From assembly GCA_037447605.1 (NCBI GenBank), contig CM074813.1, positions 2,294,001-2,358,000 of the forward strand: DNA of 64,000 bases. Reading direction: 5' to 3'. The notes below the pieces were generated by a model. That model worked only from the letters and a program-made list of their open reading frames with translations, did not search any database and was not told the origin of the DNA. Shown here piece by piece: positions 24,957-35,714 of the stretch. The stretch's first letter is position 1. Every line of letters begins with the position of its first letter. The translations under genes were made by a program, and so were the position numbers. The DNA is from Zygnema circumcarinatum SAG 698-1b. Lineage: Eukaryota; Plantae; Zygnematophyceae.

Positions 24957-26918
24957 GCCTCTGCGACAGCCTCTGCCAGGACCTCTGCCAGAGCTGCCCG
25001 CCCCAAAGCGTCCGTCGGCCCCAACCGGCGGACGCGCCCAACTGGAACCGCGCGCACGGCACGACCGTACGCTTTCAGCGGAAAATGTGCGCAGGGCCCA
25101 ACAGTGCAATATCATTGCTATGGCAGATTGGCAGGGCGCCCTTGGGCAGCGGGGAGGGAGGCGGAAGGGTTCGAACCCGCGACCTCGGAAGGGGCAGCTC
25201 AACGGCTTCCTGGCGGCGAGGGCGGATGGCGTTGACCGGGCGGGTCAGAGGCAGCAGGGGGTTTACGGAGGGCAGTTTTACGGCGGGCGCAACTGGCGTA
25301 TGTGACGAGGCGGTTGCGTGCAGCTGCCGCTGCCTGCAGTGTGCTGAGGTTGCCACTTCTGCTTCCACCTGCTTGGACTTCACAAATAAGTGGAAAACAA
25401 GGGACTTGGACTTGGTAGTGGGAGCAGAAGCCAGATGGATCAAGTACTGTACGTAACAGCCTCAAGGCTTCGTGTCTCTCCTTGTTGGTTCCCACTGAGT
25501 CACTGACATCCTCACGTTGATGTGTCGGACATGGATCAAGTTTTTGGGCTGGATTGTCCGTGGGAATCACCAGCAAATTCGGAGTTGTGTTTGGGACAGG
25601 TATAGTTGGACGATATGCAAGTAACTACCCCACTTGACAATGAAATCTGTTGCTAAGCCAAAGGCAAGGTTTACACTACTGAAGGCCGGTCGATCTGATG
25701 TCTGCAGTAACGTCTCACCGTGGGAACAACTTTTCGCCTTAAAGCAGCTGATCGAAGAAAGCAGACAGACCTGGCTTACAAGAGGGACCTGTCAGCGAGA
25801 ATGCAATCGACTGACAAGTAACTCAAGCTCATCAGATTAAGGAAGCAAACACAAGCATTTTGAGTAAAGGAAGGCGAAGTGACCGTTAGATCACGTGCAC
25901 TGGAGCCTTCCGAAAACGGCCTCTAGCCATTGCACTGCGACAAACCGGGGGCATCAAAGGCATCAGAGCGCAAAGGATGACATAGAGGGCCACAACGGAC
26001 TCATCAAAACATCCTTGGGTGGCTCTGTTGAAGGACATGGCTCCCGAGAGCTGATTGAAATTGTATCTGACAAATGGAGGACTAACATTGAAAGCCCTTA
26101 AACCTGGACAAGAGACTTCTAACTTGCAAACCCCCCTGCGTATTGTTATCTTCTATGGAACAGGCGGAGCTCTGAACTATGCAAACTCATATTTGGCCTC
26201 CAATACCCCTAACGTGATTGGTCCCACACGTTTCCAGGACTCCCTTCCCACAACCACATAGGCAATATGATTCCAGTCACAAAAATCTGCGACTGCACTC
26301 AACTGGGCTTTTTCTAGATGACAAGCTGCGCTGCGGTTCAGCAGCATAAGACTTTGACAGGAACATAAACCTGACTCTGGAAAAGCGAAAGGTGTGAGAC
26401 TTTCGCATGAAAGCGGTGCCTGCTACGGGAATGGTAATAGGTGCATCAGCCTGATGCTAACATCCACGTCTGGTAATCACTTGAATGTAAGAGAACAAAC
26501 CTCAAATCAGATCCAATCACAGCGTCTACACCGTTTCACCAGCTAAAACGTCCAACTGGGCGTCTAGTTCTAGACTACCTCAAGTGCCTTATTGGCGTGG
26601 TATAACCCTTTACAAGCAACCCGAGGAACTTTTATGCTTTTACGATGAGAAGTTCACTAATGTACTACACAAGGGCCATACTGAAATCAAGGGAAGTATG
26701 ACTCAAAATAATAAGGCAATGAAACATAGAAAAAATGGGATTCTGCAGATCGCTCTGTGATGTCCTTCTCCATGGCAGATGATAAAATGTTCACGACCTT
26801 ACGGAGTCATCTCACTTGATAACCGAATTGGCTGCAACGGCCCTGCCCGCAACCCTGAGCCCCTGTCATTGCAGCAGTCCGACTGGAACTGCGAACAATG
26901 ACTGGCCCAGGAGTACCG

Positions 26919-27569
26919 TTATTCGGGCGGAGCCGGGGGAGGAGTCTCCTTCGGATGTTTCGATGCATAATGGTCAACTAGCTGGTTGTAATTCGCCAAT
27001 TGAGACTGCAAAACCTCGCAGTACAATCCCATGCACGTGTGAAACGACGTTTGAAGCCTGCAGACGTGAGAAAGACTTGGATGCTGAGACAACGACGTTA
27101 TGCATTCGTTGAGCACAAAGGTGATCGCTTCCATGTGCGGGTCGCTTGCATCTCAGAGACAAATTGTAAGGGTAGCACAACAATATGCAGTATGCCTTGG
27201 TAGTATCCTCAATTGGAAGATTCAGAAAGAAGAAGAAGAACGTATGCAAGCATACAGATAGGCAGGCTCGCATCCACGCTTCGTGCTTCGACTCCAAATC
27301 ACGCCATGGACGCGGAGAACACTGATCTGTTTATCTCAGATGCCAACCCAGAAAGAAAACCAAACAGGCTGCCATGGATCGCATGCACCCGATCAAATTC
27401 ATCATCTGCAGCCATTGTTTAGCCTCATGGCTCCAGAAGGGCATACCTTACAGATAGGACAGTTGGTCTTCAGAGCAGCCGCTCTAGCCTCCAGCTGTGA
27501 CCCCTTCGGTTTCTGCGACTTCAAAGCATTTCTCTTCTGTGCTTCAAGCTTCTGCTTCCCTCGAGTCAT
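26919..27569 (-). CDS. ZNF706: ZNF706-like (4F5 + C2H2 zinc finger) microprotein, 69 aa; exons 27569-27447 and 27005-26919
   Basis: MTRGKQKLEAQKRNALKSQKPKGSQLEARAAALKTNCPICK|SQLANYNQLVDHYASKHPKETPPPAPPE*. Canonical AAG|gtatgc donor and ttttgcag acceptor. The CxxC...HxxxxH pattern matches ZNF706 (MARGQQK...CTVC...QHFESKHP). Confidence 0.92.
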
Positions 27570-27897
27570 TCCGAGCTTCCGTCTCCTCCTCCTTCCTTAC
27601 CCTCCTTCCTGCTCTCCCTTCTCCCGTTCCGTCTCTCCCTCCCTCCTTCCCTTCACGCCTCCCCCTCCCCTCCTACATCTCTCCTCCAATACATGCCTGC
27701 GCCCTACTCCTGCTGCTACTCCGCCCCCACCCCGTTCAGGCAACAAGCAGCAGCACTTCACCCCGCCATACAGCCATGGCTGGCCTCTGCTCTCTTGCTC
27801 TATAGCATGTGGTCCTAGCCCCTAGACCCCTAGGGCCTGCTTCCATGTAAGCCCCATTTTTCAGATTTTCCACATAGACACAGTTCGAAATTTGCAA

Positions 27898-28060
27898 GCC
27901 AGTGACGTGGCATACCTGGACGAATGGCCGACTGCCACATGGCAAGTGAGGACATTTGCGCCACGTGGCGTGCGTACGTGTAGAGGGGATCTGGCGGAAC
28001 TTTCTGGAACCACGAGAGAATCTAACAGCGAATATCCATAGAACCGTGCCACGTCACTGC
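27898..28060. promoter_or_regulatory. Bidirectional promoter interval with G-box/ABRE motifs
   Basis: Lies between divergent ATGs at 27569 (-) and 28185 (+). ACGTGGC at 27905, GCCACGTGGC at 27960, GCCACGT at 28048. A 13-bp inverted pair CAGTGACGTGGCA sits at 27900-27912 / 28047-28059. Confidence 0.55.
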
Positions 28061-28184
28061 AGTTACGGGAATCTGTTCGGTTTTTGCGCATGGAACGCCA
28101 AAGCAGGATAAAAAGTGCCCTTTCTCCTGCTTGCAGAATGCGCTTTCCTGGAGCTTCGCCCTTAAATTGGCGCCCACTCCAGCC

Positions 28185-30541
28185 ATGGCGGCGGGTATCT
28201 CGACCGGAAGCCAGGCCCTTTGCAGCTCCTTGCAAGAAAAATTTGTTGAGCAGGAGCTTATGCAAAGGACGGGGCTCTCTTCTGCCCAGCCGAGGGCGGC
28301 TATGGCGGGAAGGAGGAGATACCTGGTAGTGTGGCGTGTGAGGGCAGAGGGAGCGGAGACGGCGGAGGAGAAGGCGGTGGAGATTAGGGTTTGCACGCAC
28401 AAGACGTGTCGAAAGGAAGGAGCTCTGCAGGCGTTGGATCTCTTCAGAGGGCTTGCGCCTCCGACTGTCACCGTGGAAACTTGCGGCTGTCTTGGTGAGA
28501 GATAGGTCGCCCTTAGCTGCTCTCTCTCTCGCGCGCTCTCTCTTTCTCACACACACTCTCTCTCTGTGTCTCTTTCTCGCTTCCCACCTTATCTGTTAAA
28601 GTAAACGGTTCTTTTCCATTAGGAAAAAGTTATCTTTTCACTTTTCTCTTTTCTCTCTCTTTCAGTTCTCACTCCTTAGTTTACGCTGCCCTCGTTTACT
28701 CTTCTTGGTCATATCTTCCAACTCTGTTTTTTTTTTCGCCTATATCTCTTTCTGTCCACAACCATGAAATCAGAAAAAGTGAACCGATAGACTGCGTTCT
28801 TCCACAATCTTGAAGAACGTTTTATGCAAGAGCAAGATAGTTCCTTGTTGTCTCGTGACGAAGGAGTATGATGATACAGGGAGATGTGGTGCTGGTCCGA
28901 ATGCGGTCATGCTTCCTTCTGAGCTCTTTGTGAGCCACTGCAACACTCCTGCACACGTGGCAAGGCTCTTGGATATTCAGTGTGGCGCAGCCGAGCCGGA
29001 GAATAATTTGAAAGCCCTCAGTTTCAAGAATGCGGGCAACGAGCATTTTGGCAGAGGCGACATTCGGACAGCTGAGGCTCTCTTCACGCAGGTTGGTGCA
29101 AGTTTCAGTTCTGTTTACTCGTTGGGGCCAGCGATCGTCGTCTTCAGTACGGTTCCTCTCAGGCTACTTGAATGAAGCGACAAAAGAGCCCATGTTAGTG
29201 GTTTAACTTTGATTGTAAACATTATTGCAATGACTTGGTGATTTTTTTAATCAAATTCCGAGAAAACTTCTCATCCCGCCCTGTATTTCTTGATCGGTGG
29301 AGCCGTCAGTGCTTACTTGAATAAATTAAGTTAGGGCCATGTTCAATTGTAATGCTTAGATTGAGCTCCCCTTTCGTGAAAGCGTGATGTGGCATTGATC
29401 TCAGGATGGCGATGCTATCAAATGTACATGGACAAAATCATCATGGGGAACCCCTTTCGTAACTTTGCTTACATCATGTTCTAAGGAGCACGATATGAAA
29501 GTCGGTCAAAAATGATCCGCCAAAGTTCTTACCTGGTGTTAATCATTCTTTTTAATGACAAACCTTCGAAGGGATGTGGCGTTGGATTCTGCAGGCAATA
29601 GAGCTAAATCCTTCTGGAGGTATCCATAATCTTTATGTCAATCGGTGCGTTCTTTGACCCTTAACGCTTATGTGCAAGGAATGCAGGAGTAGCGGAACTT
29701 AGAAATAGCCAGCTTAGCGAGGAATCATCTTTTCGTTTTCGCTTTCCAACGTAGGGGGTGGGGAGGAACAAGGCCAGAAGAACGTTCATGACGTTCTTTA
29801 TGAATGCAGGCGCCCTCCATGGCTTCGTACCTTTCCTGCTTTATCGTGTTTTCTTTTGTATTGTTTTACTACTCCCTTCCCCTTCCCTCGTCTCTCGTTC
29901 CTGCTGTTGACTTGTCATAAAGCGATTGCATGCTTGGGGTCGTAGATCTGCTGCCAGACTAGCGCAAGGCAATGCTCTGGGAGCCTTGGAGGATGCACAG
30001 CAAGCTGCTGAAGTCAGACCCGGATGGTCTCAGGTATGGAGCTGCGCTATCCCTAAGGGTGCGGTAACGACGCCAACAGAGCCTCTGACGGAGGTCTCTG
30101 TGCTTAGTAAGCTTCCTTGGAGAATTAATGTGGTTGAAACGGCGTCTGATTTGTGCCTCACAGGCGTATGTTCGGCAAGCGGAGGCTCACGGTGCAGCCG
30201 GCAATGTTCAGGCTGCGTTGGACATGTATGGCTACGCTGCTGAAATTGATGGCGAACTGAGGCGCTCTAAACAGTTTCAGGTCTGTCCTTTACTTCCCGT
30301 GCAGATTGGTTAGGCCTCAGGCTCAACCTCATCTGTTTGAGTGAACAATTCTCTCAGACTGAGTGAGCACAAGTGCTTCTGCTGCTGCTTATCCCTTAGT
30401 TTTTTACCGGGTACTGCTCTGACCTGGTCATGTGTTTGGTTGACCGGATGTTGCTCTGACCTGATCACTTGTATGGTGGACTAGCAGAGGAAAGTGAAGG
30501 AGCTTCAAGCAAAGTTGGCGCCCGTTATAAGCAACCAGTGA
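28185..30541 (+). CDS. Plastid-type thioredoxin-like ferredoxin domain + TPR protein (At3g17670-like), 6 exons
   Basis: Transit-peptide-like N-terminus, then EIRVCTHKTCRKEG...VTVETCGCLG|RCGAGPNAVMLP...KNAGNEHFGRGDIRTAEALFTQ|AIELNPSGGIHNLYVNR|SAARLAQGNALGALEDAQQAAEVRPGWSQ|AYVRQAEAH...LRRSKQFQ|RKVKELQAKLAPVISNQ*, with TGA at 30539-30541. Confidence 0.85.
29378..29450 (+). mobile_element. 73-bp insertion of the short dispersed repeat, flanked by a 10-bp direct repeat, in intron 2 of the ferredoxin-TPR gene
   Basis: CCCCTTTCGT at 29368-29377 and 29451-29460 flanks GAAAGCGTGATGTGGCATTGATCTCAGGATGGCGATGCTATCAAATGTACATGGACAAAATCATCATGGGGAA. Confidence 0.75.
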
Positions 30542-30875
30542 TGTACCCATATTTTTTACTCCAAATTCATGGCAGATAAATGTTATGAATAGAGAGAGAA
30601 AGCGCGAAAATTCTTTATGAAGGATGCATGCAGTTGATCAAAACACGATATTGAATAATGAGCAAACATAGAGCAGACCATCCATTCACAACATGATTTT
30701 ACTCTGTCAAAATCATTACGTGTCCCAATAATTACTTCAAACCCAGTATTCCTCTTATGTACATCAATAACTGTCATTCAACATGATATCTACATCCAGT
30801 TTACGTGGCCCTCCATTGTTGATAAGAAGAAAGGCTGAGAATCTGTCCAGACGCCCAATTCTCAACTAATCACAC

Positions 30876-32073
30876 TCAAACTTCCTCAAAGCTGCGAGAA
30901 AAGTCGCTGTATACGGAGGATTTACTGCCGTTTCTGCCTCCGCCATACTCAGAAGAAACTTCCGGCTTTCGCCACAGCCGCCAAAAGTATCTTGGATCGT
31001 CTTTCCGGTCCTCCGCCTTTCTATCAGATGAAAATAATCCTCCACTTCCGTCCACCCCTGCCCTGTCCTCCCCTTTTTCTGTCTGACCAAAAAACTCCTG
31101 AGCTAAGCCTTCGGCAGAGCGGACGAAATCTTCTACCTCCGAAACAATTCCTCTCAGGCCTTCGTCGACCTGTTCTCCCTTTTTAAAGAGATCCCTCAAC
31201 ATGTGTTCTGAAGCGTCCCAAAATCGGAAAATTGGACTCTCGCGGTTCGCTCCCTCGCGTGAATTTGGAAGACGGTTTCCAAAAGTTCTAAACCACTCGT
31301 CATCCAAAAGCCTCGGCACATCCGACGAGTTCCTCTCCCTATCTCTTGGCATCTCATGAGATTCAAAGCCGAAAAATCGCCCGTCCATCTTATTGTCTTC
31401 GATCTGTTCACTGCTGGATTCGATCACTTCTGTCGGCCTGTTTACACAGCACTAACCATCCTCTGTCAGATAACTACGGATTCAGAAACATTTCGAGTCT
31501 ACCTTATGCAACTTGGTGTACACCTTAGGAAAAAGCAAGGCAAATTGAAGGTTTAGGTTTAGGTTTAGGTTTCGGTAGGTTTAGGACTGGCATTCACAGG
31601 CGCCAAAATCACATCCAACTGCATGGCATATTGAGCTGGAAACGCTAAGCAAAACGAAACACAAGGTAATGGAGAAAGAGATAGAGGGGAGGGGAAGTGG
31701 GAAGGGACAGCCAAACAGTGGGAGAGGGAGGGGACCAGCTGGAGAATGGAATGACACCGAAAGGAATAGAGAAAGACAGAGGATGAGAGCGTCACGAGAG
31801 AGAGAAAAAGCGAGGAATTCAAGCCAACCTGCCCATGCAGTGCCGAAGTAGCTGCCGTTTCCTCTCACATATTCGGCGAGGCAGGCCCTGCGCATCCCTC
31901 TCAAAGCGGCACGACGTCTGCTCCGCCGTCGAGAAGCTGCACGCCTGCTCCTCCGCCGGCACAACTTCCGCTGCTGCACACGCGGCAACGCGCGGACGCG
32001 CCATGGTCCACGAGGAGAGAGGCGAGGGAAGGCGGCCGCGCGAGGGGGAGGAAGGAACTGCTCTCTCCGCCAT
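30876..32073 (-). CDS. Mal d 1-/Fra a 1-associated protein-like; exons 32073-31829 and 31437-30876, about 268 aa
   Basis: EEQACSFSTAEQTSCRFERDAQGLPRRICERKRQLLRHCMGR|PTEVIESSSEQIED... ends DFSRSFEEV*. The Cys spacing, the R|P-x-E-V junction and the C-terminus resemble the plant family as recalled (CSTRKVV..QC..EE...G...RKCE.TE..LR.C.G.P.EV; ..DLSGLARDV). An in-frame ATG at about 32004 is an alternative start. Confidence 0.6.
31552..31585. repeat. Intronic telomere-like (TTTAGG)n tract
   Basis: TTTAGG x3, then TTTCGGTAGG, then TTTAGG, about 115 bp before the exon-2 acceptor of the minus-strand gene. Confidence 0.8.
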
Positions 32074-32538
32074 GGCCCCCCACTCTCAGAGACTCGTCCT
32101 ATGGGGATGGCAGTCGAGGGAGGCACTTCTCCGTAAGGGCACATCTGCTCGAGCTCACCTCCAATCATCATTTGTCACGTGTATATTTTTGCATACGTGG
32201 CACATTTTGATTGGCGGACGCGTTCACAATGGAGGAAGAGATGCCCGTTTTGGGCGAATTTTACGGACCATGACCGGGGCCGAACTCACGGAAGAAGAGG
32301 CGAAATGGAACCCGATTGGCAATGTCATTTTCCTACTACGCCGCGGATTGGCAAGGGGTGGCGCGTTTCATAGTAGAATTCGAGATGGAATTTTCGGCAG
32401 TAGGCTTCATAAGGAGCCATGGGTGCATGTTTTTCGCTTGGATGGACGCAGCTTCAGAGCTTGGAAGTTTCGGATGTCGGCTGTGTTGGAGTGAGAAGGG
32501 CTATTGCAAGTTGAGGATGGGACAGATCCAACTTCAAA

Positions 32539-32592
32539 GGATGATCTAAGTTCTAAGGATGATCTAAGTTCTAAGAATGATCTAAGTTCAAA
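32539..32592. repeat. 18-bp tandem repeat, 3 copies
   Basis: GGATGATCTAAGTTCTAA, GGATGATCTAAGTTCTAA, GAATGATCTAAGTTCAAA. Confidence 0.9.
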
Positions 32593-32891
32593 TGACTGGA
32601 ATCAATCATTAAACAACCAGATGGTGGTAGTCGCATAGGGCACAGTCTTTTTTTGCACTGAGTGAATTTGACAGACAAGGCTTTATAACTATATACTTAA
32701 TATACAACGCTTTCCTTTGGTTCAATCACTACCCACATCCCTAACCTGCAAACTTACTATACATTTGCTACCTGAGAGCAAATACATACCTTCACAAAAG
32801 AATAACCGCTACTCTCCAAAGGGAGACGGGGAGAGTGCGGAACGAAGAGCATGATTGTCTAGCAAGGACCATCTGCCTCCTGCAGAATGCC

Positions 32892-35714
32892 TCAACCATG
32901 AAGCTTTACAGAGCTCGATCTTCGCAATGGAGGAGTTGACACGGAAAAGATGACTGATTTAATGGCAGCACGAAAGCCAGAAACACCTGCAAATGCAAAA
33001 AAGCCTATTCACAATTAGCAAGAATTCGCTTTGCTTCAAGAAACAGTGCTGAGATAATCTTTCTCCAGCCCTTACCTTTGCGCGCCTTGGAGGGCATCTG
33101 ACCGGGTAAGGAACTTCCGCTGCTTGATTCGCAATACTCAGGTTCGGAATTCTCCACCTGTGGCTCCACTATATGGGTCCTTGCGGGAGAGGGATTTTGC
33201 ATATTCTCATACTCTATTCTCAGCTCCTCCAACCTTTTCGAGATCTGCCAAATCAGCACTCACTTTAGGGAACACTCTCCTCGGACGAAGTAAGGGAGAA
33301 AAACAAACTTCATTTGCAAGACAGGCACGAAATGAGCCCAGACTCCATCCTGCGTTCTTCCACCTTTTCAAAGAGAGTGAAGGTGAGAATTCTCGACATT
33401 TGCACACCTTAAAGGAGAAAGCAATGGGGAGGAGAGTAGACGGTTGGAGAGCCTCCTGTGGGAAGTGGCGCAGGCTCTGCACGAGAGCTTCAAAGGGCTG
33501 CTGCAACTGCACATCACAAATTCCCTCCGCCGGCACTGCCATACGTTATATCAGAATATAGAAAACAAGCATCTTAGTGAAGTAGGCAAAAAAAGCGTAC
33601 CAGGTCCTGCTCGCAATACTTGAGCAACGCAAGCCCCACTCGGAACACAATTGTCATGCCCTGCATGATCAAAGGCAAGTGATATGCGTTTCTTAGCATC
33701 TGCTGGAATTGCCCCCACAGGGTAGAGGAGTTCTTGTGCAAATGGAAGCTCATTCTTTCAAAGGGGCGTGGATGGACCAACCTCGAGGAGGAACACATCC
33801 CATATTCGCAGCGCAGTGGGAAATGGGAAGGAGTAGGTGAAGACAGTAATGAACCACTGCGACGCATACATGCTCGGGCTTATCATCTCCTCCCCCATGT
33901 GAGCTGCTAACCGCGGAAGTCTCTCCTGCAGCAGGCAGTTGAACTGCCATAGATGCTGCTGTACCAGTGGCAGCCCTACCTGCACCTTCCCTTGGGCTCT
34001 CAACATGCAGAAAATTCGCAACAGGTTGTATCTTTCCAAGGACAATTTCGAAGTGCAATTCGTGAAGGGGGAAAAGAGTCACACCTGATAGAGGCCTTCC
34101 ATGGGAGGGTGCACTGCGCCTTTCAATAGTGCCACGAGTAGCCAGAAAGCATCCTCCTCCCCCATGTACAGCAGCAGCAGCCCTGCCAAAAATCCCATAC
34201 CCTGCCAATTCCACCACTCACCTTATCAGACCAAGTTTTACTACCTAAAGTTCATGCTTGAAACAAGGAAGTCTGCTTTCAGAAGACCGGACTCATTCAA
34301 ACATACTGAGAGTCTGTCCATATCCAACCTGCACGTAGCCAACATCGCGGTCGTACACTGAATAGGCCTTGAGCACATTGTAGAGGGAGCGCTGCCCAGG
34401 GCCATGGCGCTGCTGAAAAAACACATGTGAGGGGAATGTGCGGTTGATGTCGCGGATGATATCGAGCTCCGCGGATGAAGTCTCATAGAACACCAGTTGC
34501 TGCAAGAAACTCAGCAAAATGTAGCGTATTTATATTCATATGAATCATAGAGAGACCGCAAATGGATGCATATGCATTGCCGATTAATGAATGAATATAC
34601 AGCGCAATGAACACGTGTTCATTTATTATAACTCCATCTTCCCTCCCTCCCTCCCTCCCTCCCTGTTCTGATCATGTTGGAGAGCTCCATGGAACCTTCA
34701 AATAAGAAATATGAGATAAGAAAAGGCACCTGGTAGACGCCCTGGTTGAGCAGGAGGAGGTCACGGCTGCCAGAGAGAAGCTGCCACACAAGCCCCCTCA
34801 GGCAGTCAGGGACCCCCTTTCTTACGAGAGTCTTCACTTCCCGAGGGCGCTTCTTCACACATTCCTTCCAGTCTGCGCCACCTGCTCCCATCATGGCTCT
34901 CCATTTCCGAATCCGCCTCTCCTCTCTACAATTGCACAGCAGCGGGGTGCAAAGAGTCGAACCAAATAGGATAAAAAGGCAGAAATACGAGATTATCAAG
35001 TCAATAAAACGAATTCCTCCTCGGAGATTGCCAAGCTCTGCATTCTAAACAACGTTTCTCCGAGAGTGGTGGGATAAGCTACGTCCTCTCCAGCTCCTGA
35101 TGAACATTTTTTATGGTTACAAATTGGTTGAAATGCATGGATGGGAAATCAAAAGTCGACGCGAGGATTGCTGCTCACCGCATTTCTTCCGACTTCCTGT
35201 CAACAGCTTCCTCCAGAGACTTGCTGCCGTCTATGACAAAACCGTATCGGTCCACCTTTACCGGCTTCACATCTTTTCGTTTCTCAAATAGCAGGGACTC
35301 TCTCTTTCCCACTGAGCCCCTTTGCTGCCATTCGACACCCTCGGCATCCTTATATGTCAAAGGCCCGCTTCCTCCACCCATACGTTCCTTGCTTGAAGCC
35401 AACACAGCACTAAGATCACTATTGCTTCTGATGCAGCTCCGTCTCCCTTCAATTCCATTACTACATGCCTTAGCTGAAGATTTTTCTACAATAGACAAAC
35501 TATCTGAAAGAGCAAATTCTCTAGGGCTGTCAGCCGTATCCATTTCATTGGTTACGTTCTCCTTAGAGTAGCGTCCGCCTTCATTAAATGTGAGGTGGCC
35601 TACACACTGCACATTCTCGTCAGTTTGAGGCAGAGAGTTTGCAGTTTCCTCATCCCTATTCTCTAAGGAATTTCCATCCGACCCGAGGCAGCCCACGGTA
35701 TCCATTTCGACCAT
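32892..35714 (-). CDS. TBC-domain Rab GTPase-activating protein (EVI5-like plant family), about 8 exons
   Basis: REERRIRKWRAMMG...RKGVPDCLRGLVWQLLSGS|QLVFYETSSAELDIIRDINRTFPSHVFFQQRHGPGQRSLYNVLKAYSVYDRDVGYVQ|GMGFLAGLLLLYMGEEDAFWLL...|SMYASQWFITVFTYSFPFPTALRIWDVFL. The IxxDxxR and YxQ catalytic motifs are intact. The last exon (stop at 32892) is inferred from AAA G|gtaagg and tttgcag|GT; the unspliced alternative stops at 33005. Confidence 0.93.

Noticed and set aside
25104-25260. tRNA gene suggested by GAGGTCGCGGGTTCGAACCC (-) and a CTGCCCC loop
   Set aside because: The acceptor stem, D stem and anticodon stem do not pair in either orientation. At most a B-box-like relic.
26007-26019. AAAACATCCTTGG, antisense to a conserved 18S rRNA segment (possible snoRNA guide)
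   Set aside because: A 13-mer match to rRNA is expected several times by chance in 64 kb, and it is not placed directly before a box D.
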